A stretch of 64,000 bases of DNA from Phoronis australis (lineage: Eukaryota > Animalia > Phoronida). The notes below the pieces were generated by a model. That model was not told the DNA's origin and ran no database searches. It saw only the letters and a list, made by a program, of their open reading frames with translations. Location: the NCBI GenBank assembly GCA_002633005.1, contig NMRA01000281.1, positions 265,123 through 329,122 of the forward strand, written 5' to 3'. Shown one piece after another: positions 50,401 through 63,438 of this stretch (positions are counted from its first letter, which is position 1; each line of letters starts with the position of its first letter). Made by a program: the position numbers and the translations under genes.

Positions 50401-51817
50401 CATTTTTAATGGCTATTAAAATGTCTGCAAACATTTCAGTATCGACAAAAAACTGGAGAAAGTAAAAACAAAATATTTTAGAAAGATTCTGTTTCGCAGC
50501 CAATCAAGTTTTCTGGTAAAAAAATATGTATAGTAGTATGGCTGAAGAGAATCTTTGTGACCAGAAAGCAACACAGTTCAATAACTACAAAACTGAGGAC
50601 TGATTTTATTTGTTCCAATACTTGATGCGGGTGCGTGATGTATGTCCAGTAATAATTACCGCGCGTGACAGCGTGAGAAGAGATATATCCTGCATTTAGT
50701 TATATCGCAACAAGTAATCACTTACGGCATGATAGGTTTCAATCAGATCTCAGGTTAAACAAAGAATACAACTTTTCTTTACAATGAAATATTACCTTGC
50801 TCACCTACTGCTTCTGACACCGATCCGATGAGTTTGTTGCCGAAAATGGTCATATCGGCCCACAGTCGGGCGATTACCTGAGATTATCGGGAGCATCTAG
50901 CGGGCGTCGGGCTTAACAACAATTACCAATCACTACATTAATTACTGATCCGATGACAGATCGCCCGATCATACCACCACCAGGGTGGGATAAAACTCAA
51001 TTGGTAAAATAACTATGGAAATGGTCGTGCACCTACGACGTTTTACTGAATTAGCCTGCATATGAATTGATATGTTTTCTGCATACGCGATTTTTAATGA
51101 CAACAATATGCTATCGAAATCAATAGGGTTCGAAGACCATTTCTTGTTTATAACTCCAGTACCCAAAGTGGTTCGTGATGATGACCTGCTGTTCCCAACG
51201 GATTTTCTTGCCGCAGTCGGACTGAACCATGGTCTCTCAATGAGGACACCACAGCCAGACACTTATATAATGCCGTGTAGTTAAAGGGACGTCTTCTAAT
51301 TCAAATCGTGTTTTTCCTTCTGAGCCGCGATACAAAATGTATCCGTACCTTGATCACAGAAAATGACGTACATCATTGAAGAATTCATTCAGGACACTAC
51401 CACGTGAAAACGAGCGCCAATACTTCATCATCTTTGACAAAGTTACCCAACCTTTCCAAACTGGTCTGCTCCACATAAACTCCTTTTGATGGCAGAAACC
51501 ATTTGCCATCATGGTAAGGACTGTTAATACACTTTTCTTATAGTTTATGCTTCTGTTCTCCGATTGGCTAAAACACGGTACGGTGAATTCTGTTATGAAG
51601 TGATGAGGTGGTACTGACCGGCTTGCCATGGAGTACAGTATCACTTATCAACATTCAAGCCGCCAGGATGACAGAGGTCGCAATTCGTGAACTGACCGAT
51701 CAGACGTAGTAGAAATCGTAAACTCCTGAATGCGTAAACGAAATGAGCCGTTGACAGTACATCAAAAAACGCGCCATTCTAAGAAATGAAGAAATCAGAG
51801 GAAAGAAGCATCGGTGT

Positions 51818-51972
51818 TAGTATAATAACAGAAATATCGACAGATCCCTCGGGGCATATCAGGTCGGAAGAGCGTTGTTGCCTTCGAGGTCATATGTCAC
51901 CTGATGTTGCCCTCGGGATCGGTCCATATATGTATACTAATCAGTCTGTTTCATGTTTTTTTATATTTATAC
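51818..51972. mobile_element. Palindromic MITE-like remnant
   Basis: Internal inverted repeat GATCCCTCGGGGCATATCAGG (from 51843) / CCTGATGTTGCCCTCGGGATC (to 51920). Outer boundaries approximate. Confidence 0.45.
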
Positions 51973-52873
51973 CGCAGGTAAGAAGGAAATGATCCCTTTT
52001 AGATTAATGCGTAGACTGCAAAAAGTCTAACGGTTGCCAGATGGTATTACTTGATATTTCGTTTTTATTAAACGACATACACACGTGTTGTTAAGTGTGG
52101 GTTAGCCGTGCACACATTCAGAATTTTCATCAGTCTGTTTCCGACTGATTGTTGTTGACGTGTTGTTTTGCGGTAAATTAATAATGCAATTCACTGGCAA
52201 TAACCACCAACTTGTATGTGTATGCACCCTTTTGATGTCACAAAGCCTAAATGATCTTTACAGGTGGTTTCTGCAATAACGGTATTTTTGTCATGGTGAA
52301 TCGGTTTACACGACTAGAGTCCATTTTTAATCGAGGAAGGTCACCGTGAAGGACATTGTTTCCCATCAATATCGCATTGACAACATTTGAAAGATGGCCG
52401 CCGTGAAGAGCATCTCGGCAATAGCGCTTCTCTTGACAATATTGGGTAGGTAATTGTTGGTTAAAAATTAAATAGCAGAGTTAATAAAAATTAGTGACAG
52501 TTTAATTCGAGAAACTGGAATCATTATGTTATCAAAATTTTGAAGTAAAAAGCGGATATTAAGACTTAGTAATTACGTTTGTGAGTTAGTTTATGTTCGA
52601 CACAGGTCCCGAACGACAGAAAGCGCGTTTACAAACTCAGCTTCGAGAGATATAATGATCTTTACAATTGTACTGAAAAAAATAAAGTAAATGCGTTTTT
52701 TTTTGATTAATTGCGTCTGTAATTAGAATATTTAAAGCTAAGTAAGTCTATTGCTACCTTTTTAAGTCAATTTTTAATGGAACTTGGACCACTGCCACAG
52801 ATCGTGACATTGGATTTCGCGAATTAATGAGAAATTAATAAATCTTAAATAAATCAATCAGCCAATGTCCAGC

Positions 52874-53470
52874 AGCTATCGGGTATTTCCGATAGATCCC
52901 CCTAGGGGCTCTTTTATAAACGTTCGTTTTTCCAAAGTGATTTTGCGTCCACAAAAAGCGCCCCATGGGACTCTTTCGGAAAAAACAATGGAGCTTTTTA
53001 GGAAACTAAGTATTGTGTCATCATTCAGCAGTGGGCTTAAAAGTTCTGTGAGACAGAGGAAGTAACAACGCTTTAGATTATGAAGTTGAACTCAGTGATG
53101 TTGGCATCGGGGCGGTGATTTGTTTACTCCACCTAAAAGTCAAAGCTTGGTTAATTTGAATTACTAGCTAGGTTTTCCTTTGTCGTTTGATTGACTACTG
53201 TGAGAGTAATCCGGCGACGCCTCCAATGGCAAGATACCGATGCTGAAACTTGAAATGTTTTAGCGTCCTTTCATGGATCAAAATCGAGAGAATAATGGCA
53301 ATTTGTCACTTTTCCCATACCTGGGTCCCGTGCCAGAAATGCACAACAATTGTCCCTGATTTTTTTTGTCCTTGTTTCCGAAAGAGCCCCCACGGGGCTT
53401 TATGTTGGCGGGGTTTTATGTTGGCGTTGCTTTATATTGGCGGGGCTTTGCCGGAAATTCCCGGTAAGCC
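52874..53470. mobile_element. Decayed non-autonomous TIR DNA element
   Basis: Nested imperfect inverted repeats: GCTATCGGGTATTTCCG / CGGAAATTCCCGGTAAGC, and GGACTCTTTCGGAAA / TTTCCGAAAGAGCCC. Confidence 0.4.
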
Positions 53471-54170
53471 TATTGTAGTCTTGCTTCTTACTTAGTTTGC
53501 TTTCAGAACCTGAGATATCGTAGGATGTACACTACTCATCACAGGCTCACACCTTTATTACACAACGCAAAAATTATTACCACTCACACAAACCCTTACA
53601 ACGGAATCTGAAGATGATGCAAACTTACAACAGACGATTTTCATGGCAAGTGGCGGAAAAATACCAACAGGAAAGTGAATGACGCACTAAAAATTGTCTG
53701 TACCAAGAGTACTTGAGTACAGTTGTAGTTCAGGTTCCTTGGTAAGGACTTTTGTACATGGTAAGAGTTTTTGCGCTGTGTGGTAAAGACTGTTCTCGCC
53801 CCCTGTGANTTGCCGGAAATTCCCGGTAAGCCTATTGTAGTCTTGCTTCTTACTTAGTTTGCTTTCAGAACCTGAGATATCGGAGGATGTACACTACTCA
53901 TCACAGGCTCACACCTTTATTACACAACGCAAAAATTATTACCACTCACACAAACCCTTACAACGGAATCTGAAGATGATGCAAACTTACAACAGATGAT
54001 TTTCATGGCAAGTGGCGGAAAAATACCAACAGGAAAGTGAATGACGCACTAAAAATTGTCTGTACCAAGAGTACTTGAGTACAGTTGTAGTTCAGGTTCC
54101 TTGGTAAGGACTTTTGTACATGGTAAGAGTTTTTGCGCTGTGTGGTAAAGACTGTTCTCGCCCCCTGTGA
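53448..54170. repeat. 361-bp tandem duplication split by a single N (53809); likely haplotype artefact
   Basis: Copies 53448-53808 and 53810-54170 differ by only a few SNPs. Confidence 0.9.
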
Positions 54171-54369
54171 TGACTCATGATGCGCTGCGTAGTAAAGACT
54201 GTTCTCGCCTCCTGTGATGACTCGTGATGCGCTGTGTGATAAAGACTGTTCTCGCCCTCTGTGATGACTCATGATGCGCTGTGTGATAAAGACTGTTCTC
54301 GCCCCCTGTGATGACTCATGATGCGCTGTGTGATGAAGACTGTTCTCGCCCCCTGTGATGACTCATGAT
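54135..54369. repeat. 47-bp minisatellite, 5 copies
   Basis: Unit GCGCTGTGTGATAAAGACTGTTCTCGCCCCCTGTGATGACTCATGAT starts at 54135, 54182, 54229, 54276 and 54323. Confidence 0.92.
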
Positions 54370-55229
54370 TTCAATGTAGATATCTAAACACCAAGTAATC
54401 ATTGGATGCGATATTTCTGCCTGTCCCAAGGACACGAAAAAACTGGCCAAAGTGACACGAATTTATTCAAGTGGCGATTTTTCGGAACCCCGTATACTGG
54501 TAAACATTTGTCTCGATAAAATTTTAATCTACCTGGGGAGCTGAAGCCAGATGACATTGCCAAAAGACTAAAGTACACCTGCGCAATGCGGTTATGACTG
54601 TGTAGAAGTTGCTGTCGTAAACATGTATTTACGCATGGGTTAAAAAGTATTGAGCGATTACAAAACAACTTTCCAACATTGTCCAGGTTATTATACAGAA
54701 ATTTGATAGAGATATTTACATGAAAGAGTATTGAACTGATAATTTTGAAAATAATTAGTGAGAAAGGTGAACAACAACAGCCACACCTACAAAAACTTTA
54801 AAGGAACACAGATGGTTTAAAGGGACAAAGAAACGAAAAACGTATTTTTTGGATTATCGTTGGGTAAGATAATAATAAGCTTTGACTAGAGATAGGAAAC
54901 ATCAAAATACGCCGTGTTATGTAATTTTATTGGAAATAGTCGATTAGGAACTTTGACTTCCAGAAATCGTGGTGGTGAACGTACAAGAAGATTGAAAAGC
55001 TAAAAGAGACGATAATCCACGTGCCTTCTTTCAAAAACTTTGGATTTGGGGCTCTTGTTGTTATAAAAGCGCTCTCATCTTCTTTCTTCCTCATTTTAGA
55101 ATGATTTCTAAGTTTGAGAAGAACTGTTTCGTTGTTAGGTCGGTTGTTTATCACGACGGTGACTTCCAGGAAATTTAACGGAAACAGTTTCAATTCAAAG
55201 AATAAGAACGCAATCATGTTGTAGTGGAA

Positions 55230-55450
55230 GCGCAAACAAGCCTGTGAAGACAGTGTTTCTAACGCCAGAACATGGTTTACAGCTGCATCATCGAATGGTG
55301 GCAAAAGTCATCAAGATCGTTTCGCGTTTTGTCCCTGCTGCCTTTCATGTAAATAACGTGATTTGTGAACGCAGACAGGGTCGCTTTGTTGACGTTCTTT
55401 CCACCACAGCATCCCAGTAAGTCAAGAGTGTGGACTAAGGCCCGTTTATA
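55230..55450 (-). pseudogene. Possible decayed DDE-type transposase fragment (Sola2/DUF7869-like)
   Basis: TLDLLGCCGGKNVNKATLSAF...CHHSMM resembles the DxCGGQNKN...GHxxM motifs of these transposases, but is degenerate and frameshifted. Confidence 0.3.
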
Positions 55451-56983
55451 CCCAGGTGTAGCTGGATATTTACGACACATCTCGGGGGGTGCTGCCGTTG
55501 AAGAGGTATACCGAAAGTGCCGCCCACTCAGAAGTGTAGCTTTTTCACGTCCGGCTTCTTCACGAAAGAGTGCCTTTTCCGACAAAATCCTCTGCAAAGC
55601 GTTTACTTCAGGAGCGCTATAGGGTCATAAAAATATAACACGCTCATTCGATCTTCAATTGTTGCCAAATGAGCCTACAAACAAGTCACAAACAATGAAT
55701 GCACTTTTCAAATTCGCAATGTGTGGGTTGGCTAAACTTAATGAACTGACGCATTTTTTGGTTTCTATGCACTTGTTGGTAATGGAAATAAAATTTTATC
55801 ACGGTTAATGTAATATTATGAGACAGATTTTATATACAAGGCTTAATTCGATTTTTGTTTTTAGCCAGCTAAACTGGGTGAAATGCAGCTTTAATTTTTT
55901 ACGTGTACCCTCCCCCGACAAAAATATGGTCGAGTACCCCTCCCCCCGGATATTCCATTACTTTCGCCGATAACAACGTGGGCGTTTAAAGTGATGGAAT
56001 TGGAATTGTGCCATGTATACCATTGTAGATAAAGTCACATCTAAATTTGAAGAATTTCGACGATGTCACGGTTGTGTAGACACCATGTCGAAGTAAACGC
56101 TCCGCCAAAGAAGTGAAATACACACGAGTAACGATGTTGTTTACAGGCTGTGAATTTTGGTTTTAGTCATAGTCTATTGTGGCATATTGCTTGACACCCG
56201 AAAGGTGCGACAGCTGGTGTCTCTTTCACATGTTTATTACCTTCGATCGTGTTTAATTACGTGACTGTCTACTCAAGAAGTCATTTCCTCAACCCCTTCC
56301 ACTCCACTGTGTTCGTATAAGTGTATGATCATTATTTATTGAGCTCTACATAAATTCGTTGTTGTAATTATTAGCAATATATCTGTTTGTACACACTTTC
56401 TAGCGCGACTTTTCGACAAGGATAATCCGAATTCAAAGCAAAGCAACTGAATCCTGTGGAACAGTGTCGAAAAGTCGCGCCAGAGCGTACGAGTTCAGAT
56501 ATTTGTTTGAGGTACGGGTGAACGTACATATATAGACCTATACTGTTTGTGATCATGTACACGACCAAAACCCAATCAAGAAAATAAAAGCATAACCTTG
56601 TTTTTATAAATTTCCGCATTTAATTGATGTCACGAAGACTTTAAAGCACATTTCATTCCATTGTTTAAATGGCATCTGGTGGACGTTGAACGGTCTCACT
56701 TAAGCAACTGGTATGGTACACTAGCAATTTTGGTTGATCACAATTTATGATATAGAGGATTTCTATGAAATCATGTAAATTGTATTATATGATACATCTG
56801 GTCAATAGGAATCATATTAACTGTTGATATAATTTACCGTACACGGTTTAATATCAATAGTTGTGATTTAAAGGATTTCTTATCATTGAGCAATGATAAA
56901 TGATCAAAAGAGGTTTTCCATGAATAATGACCAGATTGATATATCATTTATTACCAGTCTGGTATGAATTCACGTCAACCCAA

Positions 56984-57023
56984 ATGGGAGCGTTTTTCTT
57001 ATTGATGTTACTTTGGTGCGACG
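56984..57023 (+). CDS. Cysteine-rich secreted protein, candidate exon 1 (signal peptide)
   Basis: caaATGG context. Encodes MGAFFLLMLLWCD-G with a phase-1 donor g|gtgggg (weak). Joined to the next exon it gives a VDA| signal-peptidase-like site. Confidence 0.5.
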
Positions 57024-57542
57024 GTGGGGCATTCATGGGCGAGAAGTAATAACGCAGTTAATGTAAGAACTTTTACACGTCCAATGTGAAATGTTTTTCC
57101 TAAATCGATAAAAATGTCGTTAATGGTTTGATGTTTCTTTTATATACCAGTTTTTCACCTTTTATTTCGTAAATACGTCCGTAATAGTATTCAGGGTAAC
57201 ACAGAAATATAAGTAATTTAACGTGAGTCATACGTGTACTACAGTTAACGGTAAATATTCTTCGATTTCGAACAGAATATGCTGGCAAAGTGATTTTTGC
57301 CAAAATTCTCAACAATGTGAATGAGAATGTACATTTTCTTCAATATTGTCATTTGAACAACTATCGCCCATAAATACATGCAAACATTCTGAGCGATATT
57401 TACAATTTGATAAGCCTTAGGAAAATATAGAATTGCATTCGTTTTGTGCTATAAACTGAAGAAACTGTTCATTGGGTGTAATATATTAATTTTGTATTCA
57501 TTTCATTATAAGAAATCACTTTATTTTACTTACTACTTTCAG

Positions 57543-57600
57543 GCAACGTCGATGCGATATGCCGCAAAACTTGTGAACGCTTCCCGAAGGCGAGTTGCAC
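57543..57600 (+). CDS. Cysteine-rich secreted protein, exon 2
   Basis: ctttcag|...|gtaagt, phase 1/2. Encodes NVDAICRKTCERFPKASC, paralogous to CERFPRAKC in the next exon. Confidence 0.75.
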
Positions 57601-57781
57601 GTAAGTTAGTAGTCCGAAAAACAAAATCAAAGCGAAGCCATCGTAACCCCAACACTGCGGTTATAGAATTTCCCCTTGGCATGCTGAACTTTCATTTGCG
57701 CTGCCACTAATTCGTTTACGAATGAAAACGCTTCAGAAAAGCTAAGGACTGACCAGCCTTTCGGAAATTTGAGCTCTTTCA

Positions 57782-58348
57782 TTCAGTAGCAGGTTATCGC
57801 ACAGTTCGGCAGCAGGTTATAACACAATTCAGGGGCAGGTTGTCACACAATTCAGCAACAAGTTGTCACACAATTCAGTAGCTGGTTAACAAACAATTCA
57901 GCAGCAAGTTATGACACAGCTCAGTAGCAGGATATTGCACAGTTCAGCATCAGGTTATGACACAATTCAGTAGCAGGTTGTCACACAATTCAGCAGCAAG
58001 TTATGGCACAACTCAGTAGCAGGATATTGCACAGTTCAGCATCAGGTTATGGCACAATTCAGCAACAGGTTGTCACACAATTCAGTAGCAGGTTGTCACA
58101 CAATTCAGTAGCAAGTTATGGCACAACTCAGTAGCAGGATATTGCACAGTTCAGCATCAGGTTATGACACAATTCAGCAACAGGTTGTCACACAATTCAG
58201 TAGCAGGTTAACAAACAATTCAGCAGCAGGTTATTGCACAGTTCAGCATCAGGTTATGACACAACTCAGTAGCAGGTTATCACACAGTTCAGCAGCAAGT
58301 TATGTCACAACTCAGTAGTAGGTTGTCACACAGCACAGTAGCAGGTTA
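57782..58348. repeat. 23-bp minisatellite (~24-25 copies) with higher-order periodicity
   Basis: Unit ~TTCAGTAGCAGGTTGTCACACAA. The variant G(A/T)TATTGCAC recurs at 57931, 58023, 58138 and 58230 (spacings 92, 115, 92 = 4, 5, 4 units). Confidence 0.92.
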
Positions 58349-60035
58349 GTTCCAACTCAATTTTGGTATAAACTCGAAGTAAAAGTGGCTATAAAGCCGC
58401 ATGAGACAAAAATAGATTCATCTAAAAGAGGATGTACACGTCGTCATCGGCCCAAAGAAGATGTACACGTCGTCATCCATGTATAAACAATTGCTATCAG
58501 CAACGCATAAATTGTTCACAACTGTGAAGTCAGGTTTAAAAGGAGAAGGGTTTGCTCACATGCTCTCTCTTAAAAACGGACCTTTTCCTTGCTCTTGTGC
58601 TTGTTGATGCTTTGAATGATCTGTTTTAGGATGGAGAATAGAGAGTTGTGACATAGTTTGTGTGATTGAGCAACCTAGTTCATAGTTTTTTCAGGTTTGG
58701 AGTAAGACGGAATTTCTTCTCCAGATTCCAAATTGCAGTAAGGAGAACGTGATCTGATCAGTTATGCATAATTAGATTTGTGCCATCTACAAAATGCCTG
58801 CCTGAATACAGTCATCGCATTTCAGTGCTATGAAGAATAGCACTCTCAAAGGATGGGACATCTGACTCCTCAGAGCTAAAAATGAAGTGATATTGATTCG
58901 GACATTCCGACCACAATTAAGTTGAAAAATGACTCTTTCATTTGCACCTGCCTCAACAATGGCACACGTGTACTAAATCGATGTATTATGCCACCACTTC
59001 GTGTTCTGTGAATAACTCAAGATAAGAAGGCGTCAAGAAAAACAACAGGACGATTCGTCATATTTTCCGGCTCGTTACAAAACCACTTGTTTACAACAGA
59101 CACAGACGTCAATGCGTGCTAAAGCGTCATTTTGTGTGTACTTCTCCCCAGAGATGACGCTTTGAAAGCCGTACCGTATGTTGTGTGTACTTACATGTAG
59201 GACTGAAAGCAGATTGATAGAACAACAGATTTTGTAATAAAGCTTTCATTTACAAATCAATAAACCTAGCACCTGTGAAGATATAATTACGGGTGACGTG
59301 CGTATATATATTCTAACCTTCGCATGTAATAAATTTCCCTTTGATCTTATTGAGAAGATGAGGTGCTAAATGCGTTAGAGCGTTGATCAGAACTGGTCTA
59401 AACTAAGAACTGTTTGAAAAGTCTTAATAAATCAAGGAGTGCCGTCTTATTTGTCGCTTAGATAGTTTTGCAATTTTAATGTGAATCTTCATTCGTCTCA
59501 GGTACTATAACTCGTACACTTAAGTGTACTGTCTAAAACCCCTTCAATCCTGGTTTCATCATTTTACCTTTATCCAGGAGACTACTGGTTCTGAGACATG
59601 TTACTGCAATACTAAAGATAAAGCCAATTTATGTTGAATTCCTCTTCGTGAAACCTCCGAGCTTTGTGTTTTTCCCCACGGCCGTCCGTTAATTAACACA
59701 TCCAAAACGTTAGTCACACGTGACGATATAGCGGTCTTCGCGTTTTGTGGTATGACGAGCGTGACAGTGAGTGGTTTTCTAACAAAGATTCTAACTCTTA
59801 AAAAGTGTCCTCCCCCTACCTTTAAACGGTGCTTTTATTTGGGGTACTAGAAAGGTAAAACTTATGCCATTTTGCGACGAGGGCTTACTCTACTCGGTAT
59901 ACAAAACCGAGGTTTACGCTTTTTTCAAGGCATCACTCTTGCAGATGTCAGAGGAAAATTTACTCACTATATTTTCGCGATCGAGATTGTCAAGCGTTTT
60001 GCATCTAAAACCATTTGACAATGTTCATTTTCCAG

Positions 60036-60197
60036 AAAAAATTGTAACACGTGCGAGGCAAGATTCTGCATCGGCTACCTGGATGTGACAGAGTCATGTG
60101 ACTTACTTCCGGTGTGTCCGCCGAAAGACCTCTTCCCTTGTTTTGTCAACCCTTGCCAGTTTGGACAATGCGAGCGGTTCCCAAGGGCAAAATGCAT
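60036..60197 (+). CDS. Cysteine-rich secreted protein, exon 3
   Basis: ttttccag|...|gtaagt, 162 nt, phase 2/2. Encodes KNCNTCEARFCIGYLDVTESCDLLPVCPPKDLFPCFVNPCQFGQCERFPRAKC, a CP...C(F)xxPC...C..(F/Y)P.A.C repeat. Confidence 0.85.
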
Positions 60198-60847
60198 GTA
60201 AGTTGTTTCAATTGAGTACTTTTTCAAATCTAACACATATACCGGTACAGTCTAGTTATATTCTGGGCACTAATCTGTGTGTCACTATACTTACTAACAT
60301 GGCTTGGTTTGTTTTTGCGTGTATCTTCGCTTATACATAGATTTTAATGAACGGAAGCGCTATACAGCAACTCAAATTTAAACTATTTAAGCCCTTAGCA
60401 AAAAGGCCATAAAAGGTTGACAAATGCACATAGTTCGACCATGATTGTGCTCTACAGTTCAACAAAAATTACCCGTTAGCATTCAACAGACGCTTGACAT
60501 CTGATACATAAGTCTCATCAGTGTTACACCAAAGGCGTCGAAGGTTCGGTGGTGGCAAAGCGCGTTTATATTAGAGGCAGTACTGTGTAATGCCATCAAT
60601 GGGAATAAACGTCTTTTTGGTGCGAGTTTCAAAATAAAGAGTCTGTCTATCTTAAGGCAGTTACAAATTTCCTTTCCATTATAAAAATGATTTAGACCCT
60701 TACAGTTATGAAACTGGTATCGAGTGGCAGATTTAGGGTGGCAAGGGGCCATGCCCCCCTCCCAAAATTCTTCCAGATTCCATTTGGAAGTTCGGGGTGA
60801 GAATGTTTGACGGGCAAAATCTTGGCTTATACCCTGCTCTGTCCCCC

Positions 60848-62077
60848 AACTGTGAAGTGAACGACTGCTATAAATTAAACACACATAAAGACGCGGGATC
60901 TAATCTTTGTACTCGATATAGGACTGACTAGCAATTACTTTTAACATTTTCATTCCATTTTTATACTAACTCAAGATATATGTTGATTATTCTGTGTTGG
61001 ACTGCATTGTGGTTTATGTGCCACTGGATGATTGTCTATTCCAAGCTTGCAACTGATAATCCTTAGACTCAACTCGAGATTTCGAGTAAAAACACGAAAC
61101 TTCGAGTTCAGATCCGAACTTTTATCTTTAATGCTGAGGTCACCAAATGTAAACTGGGAAGAGACAGTCTTCCACGTATAAAGCATAATGTACTCTGGCA
61201 CAGAATAATAGATACATATCTTGCATTCGCACAAAGTAGACCAGAAATGGCAAAAATAATTTCGAGGTCGATTTGGAGTACAAAGATTAGACCCTGGACT
61301 TAGGCGCAGGGTGTAATCTCTGAACTCAGACTCGATTCAGACTTCGTCANTGCAAAAGACCTGAAAGTTCATTATTACTTCTTGAGACCAAATTCTATAA
61401 GTTGGTATGCCACGGCGCGTTATTTCATGGTCTCAAAAATGCCGAACAGTCAGTTCTTTGCAAATGCAGAATACGGTTCTCATCTGAGAACGAGGCAAAC
61501 TCAGGTTTATCTGATAGTGGTAAGTTGTCTTGATCTAGAGTTCGGTTCTCAGACAGAACACAGGTTGATAGGCGCTTTAAACTGTGGAGTGAACGACTGC
61601 TATAAATTAAACACACATAAAGACGCGGGATCTAATCTTTGTACTCGATATAGGACTAGCAATTACTTTTAACATTTTCATTCCATTTTTATACTAACTC
61701 AAGATATATGTTGATTATTCTGTGTTGGACTGCATTGTGGTTTATGTGCCACTGGACGATTGTCTATTCCAAGCTTGCATCTGATGATCCTTAGACTCAA
61801 CTCGAGATTTCGAGTAAAAACACGAAACTTCGAGTTCAGATCCGAACTTTTATCTTTAATGCTGAGGTCACCAAATGTAAACTGGGAAGAGACAGTCTTC
61901 CACGTATAAAGCATAATGTACTCTGGCACAGAATAATAGATACATATCTTGCATTCGCACAAAGTAGACCAGAAATGGCAAAAATAATTTCGAGGTCGAT
62001 TTGGAGTACAAAGATTAGACCCTGGACTTAGGCGCAGGGTGTAATCTCTGAACTCAGACTCGATTCAGACTTCGTCA
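60848..62077. repeat. ~500-bp duplication (60848-61349 and 61580-62077) around a single N (61350); likely alternative haplotypes
   Basis: Near-identical copies (one 4-bp indel, a few SNPs). Duplicate ORFs at 60971 and 61699. Confidence 0.88.
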
Positions 62078-62924
62078 TACCGCATTGTACGAGTGCAAGG
62101 AGGTAAATTTAATCGAAGGGTGCCTTGAGCTTGGTAAATTTTCAATCGAATTGTGTTTCGAGCTAGTACAGCAATAAGATACCGGCCGGCTAGGTGAATC
62201 GGTAACAAGTGATCCGCTTGCCTATTTATGGATAACATTGTGCTCAAGTGAATGGACAGGTCATAATGAACTACGTTTTTTTCAAAATAACATATATGGG
62301 TGCACTATTAAGAGGAAATTTTCCGAATAAGCACTCCACTATCTGGACACTTTGACAATAGAACTTGTAACACCAAATAAACGCCCATGGGCGTTTTATC
62401 GGATGGGCTTGTCTACGGAAAATCCTGGTACGAGTTTATCTCTTACTATCTGCTTGATTCAATACGTCCTATTTACTTATTTCCTTACTCATATCCTCCA
62501 TAGATGTGGAATTTTTATGAAATGGTAGATATGATGTTTGATCCGAAGGCAGATCTGTCGTTTAAGGCGAGTGTTCATGGAGGGTCCCTATAAGTATCAG
62601 TCGTCTTACGAGTAACTAGCATATCATTGATGTGCAGAGTTCTAATAGACTGTTCAGTCACGCATGACCACCATGGGGCGAACAGCCTAACAATACGTTA
62701 TGTCACTGAAATGTAGTCTTCTCTCGTTAGGAAGGGGCAGATCTGCAGTCTGTTTAGGGGGTCGGACGTTAAACAAGCAGAGTAAGGCGCCGTATGTGTT
62801 TTTGACAGCGGACCAGACGTCTGATCTGCTTTTGATTGATTCGCTGCTTAAGAAATGTGTTTCATCAGGCTTCCAATACGTCCGACGACGGTAGACAAAT
62901 GTCCCATACCTATTCTCATTTCAG

Positions 62925-63119
62925 CCCCGATTACTGCCGTGGGTGTCGTGCACGTTACTTTACACACGTCTATTGGGGACTGGCTGCCGTCGAAATCACC
63001 GATTTGTGTCCTTTAGTGCGTTCAAAGTGTCCTGCTGACAAACCTAAGTCGGTGTGTGCAAAAGACCCCTGCGATAAAAAAGGTTCTTGCCGACGGTACC
63101 GCAGGAGGGCGATATGCAA
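62925..63119 (+). CDS. Cysteine-rich secreted protein, exon 4
   Basis: atttcag|...|gtgagt, 195 nt, phase 2/2. Encodes PDYCRGCRARYF...EITDLCPLVRSKCPADKPKSVCAKDPCDKKGSCRRYRRRAIC, with the same Cys spacing as exon 3. Confidence 0.85.
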
Positions 63120-63438
63120 GTGAGTTTGGAGTGGTATAAGCTTTCTTGGCAACACCACGCATATCTGTGTGAGATATTGCCGTGTCGAAAACGAGTGCTT
63201 TGCGTAGACGCAAGACATCTGCGAGAAAAGCAAAATCTCACAGTACCAGGCAAGACTCGAAGCGAGTGAACGGCTAGAGTTTCGCCGCTAGGCCTGCTCT
63301 CGAGATATTCGCTTACACTATCAAAATGGCGACCGCTGAAGTCACTGGCCGGAATGGCGAATTATGGGATAGAATTCACATTTTCCATTTCATAAACGAA
63401 CATTTTCGCAATGTCCTGCGAGTGTCTTGCATCTGCAG

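Noticed and set aside
54135-58348. CRISPR-like appearance of the 47-bp and 23-bp arrays
   Set aside because: Contiguous tandem units without unique spacers, no cas genes, and a eukaryotic context.
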